A stretch of DNA of 64,000 nt from Clostridia bacterium (GTDB lineage: Bacteria; Bacillota; Clostridia; Oscillospirales; CAG-272), in contig JAGBIF010000019.1 of NCBI GenBank assembly GCA_017935065.1, positions 64,985 to 128,984 of the forward strand. The letters are read 5' to 3'. Position 1 is the stretch's first letter; each line of letters opens with the position of its first letter. Under the pieces are notes generated by a model. The model was not told the DNA's origin. It made no database searches and saw only the letters and a program-made list of their open reading frames with translations. Made by a program: the position numbers and the translations under genes. Of the stretch, positions 63,919-64,000 are shown one piece after another.

Positions 63919-63949
63919 CTACGGCGGGAGTAGAACCCCCGCCCTACGG
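63919..63949. repeat. Inverted near-copy of the REP-like palindrome at 15661
   Basis: ggcgggagtagaacccccgccctac is the reverse complement of gtagggcgggggttctactcccgcc (15661-15685). A neighbouring hairpin agtttgc-aac-gcaaact resembles tttgc-taac-gcaaa at 8185. Confidence 0.75.
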
Positions 63950-64000
63950 TACACCTTATGCGGTCCCCCGAGTTTGCAACGCAAACTTTCAGGATGCTCT

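Noticed and set aside
1-64000. Search of all intergenic regions for tRNA, rRNA, riboswitch or T-box elements
   Set aside because: No cloverleaf-compatible sequence, rRNA-like stretch or recognisable riboswitch or T-box core was seen by eye. A covariance-model scan (tRNAscan-SE, Infernal with Rfam) would be needed to be certain.

Overview
The window looks like chromosomal DNA from an anaerobic, spore-forming Firmicute of the Clostridia; the Rnf complex, a CotF-type coat protein and Gram-positive lipoboxes support this. All family names come from motif recognition by eye, since no database search was possible. No rRNA, tRNA, CRISPR array, integrase or transposase was recognised.

Gene blocks, left to right:
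1. 2-8132 (+): a complete aromatic amino acid supraoperon, pheA-aroB-aroC-aroE::aroK-aroQ-aroA-tyrA-DAHP synthase.
2. 8.1-15.9 kb: a 2295-aa BspA-type leucine-rich-repeat lipoprotein gene. It has a consensus promoter and a terminator-containing leader, and unusual 'constant word + variable hairpin' repeat arrays flank it.
3. 15949-20772 (-): a livJHMGF-type branched-chain amino acid ABC operon.
4. 21339-34749 (-): a seven-gene carbohydrate-ABC-like locus with no recognisable glycoside hydrolase, ATPase or regulator. It encodes an 1174-aa solute-binding protein, two MalF/MalG-type permease pairs, an NHL-TPR-Yip1 fusion and a 1218-aa secreted protein of unknown function.
5. 35315-43320 (-): rnfCDGEAB followed by NusG-II, Gx-transporter, an FMN_bind-like duplicated protein and ApbE.
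6. 43633-45738 (-): an aldo/keto reductase-ferredoxin fusion and a threonine-aldolase-family enzyme.
7. 46320-52866 (+): oppBCDFA. OppA appears circularly permuted and OppC carries an extracytoplasmic insertion of about 170 aa.
8. 53171-57767 (-): a tightly coupled four-gene operon of unknown function built around a TM-less VirD4/TraG-type ATPase.
9. 57796-63670: ppa, a CapD-like dehydratase, an orphan gene, cotF and a PadR/DUF1700/DUF4097 module.

The best candidates for an undescribed system are the VirD4-like four-gene operon (53.2-57.8 kb) and the giant-SBP/Yip1 locus (21.3-34.7 kb).
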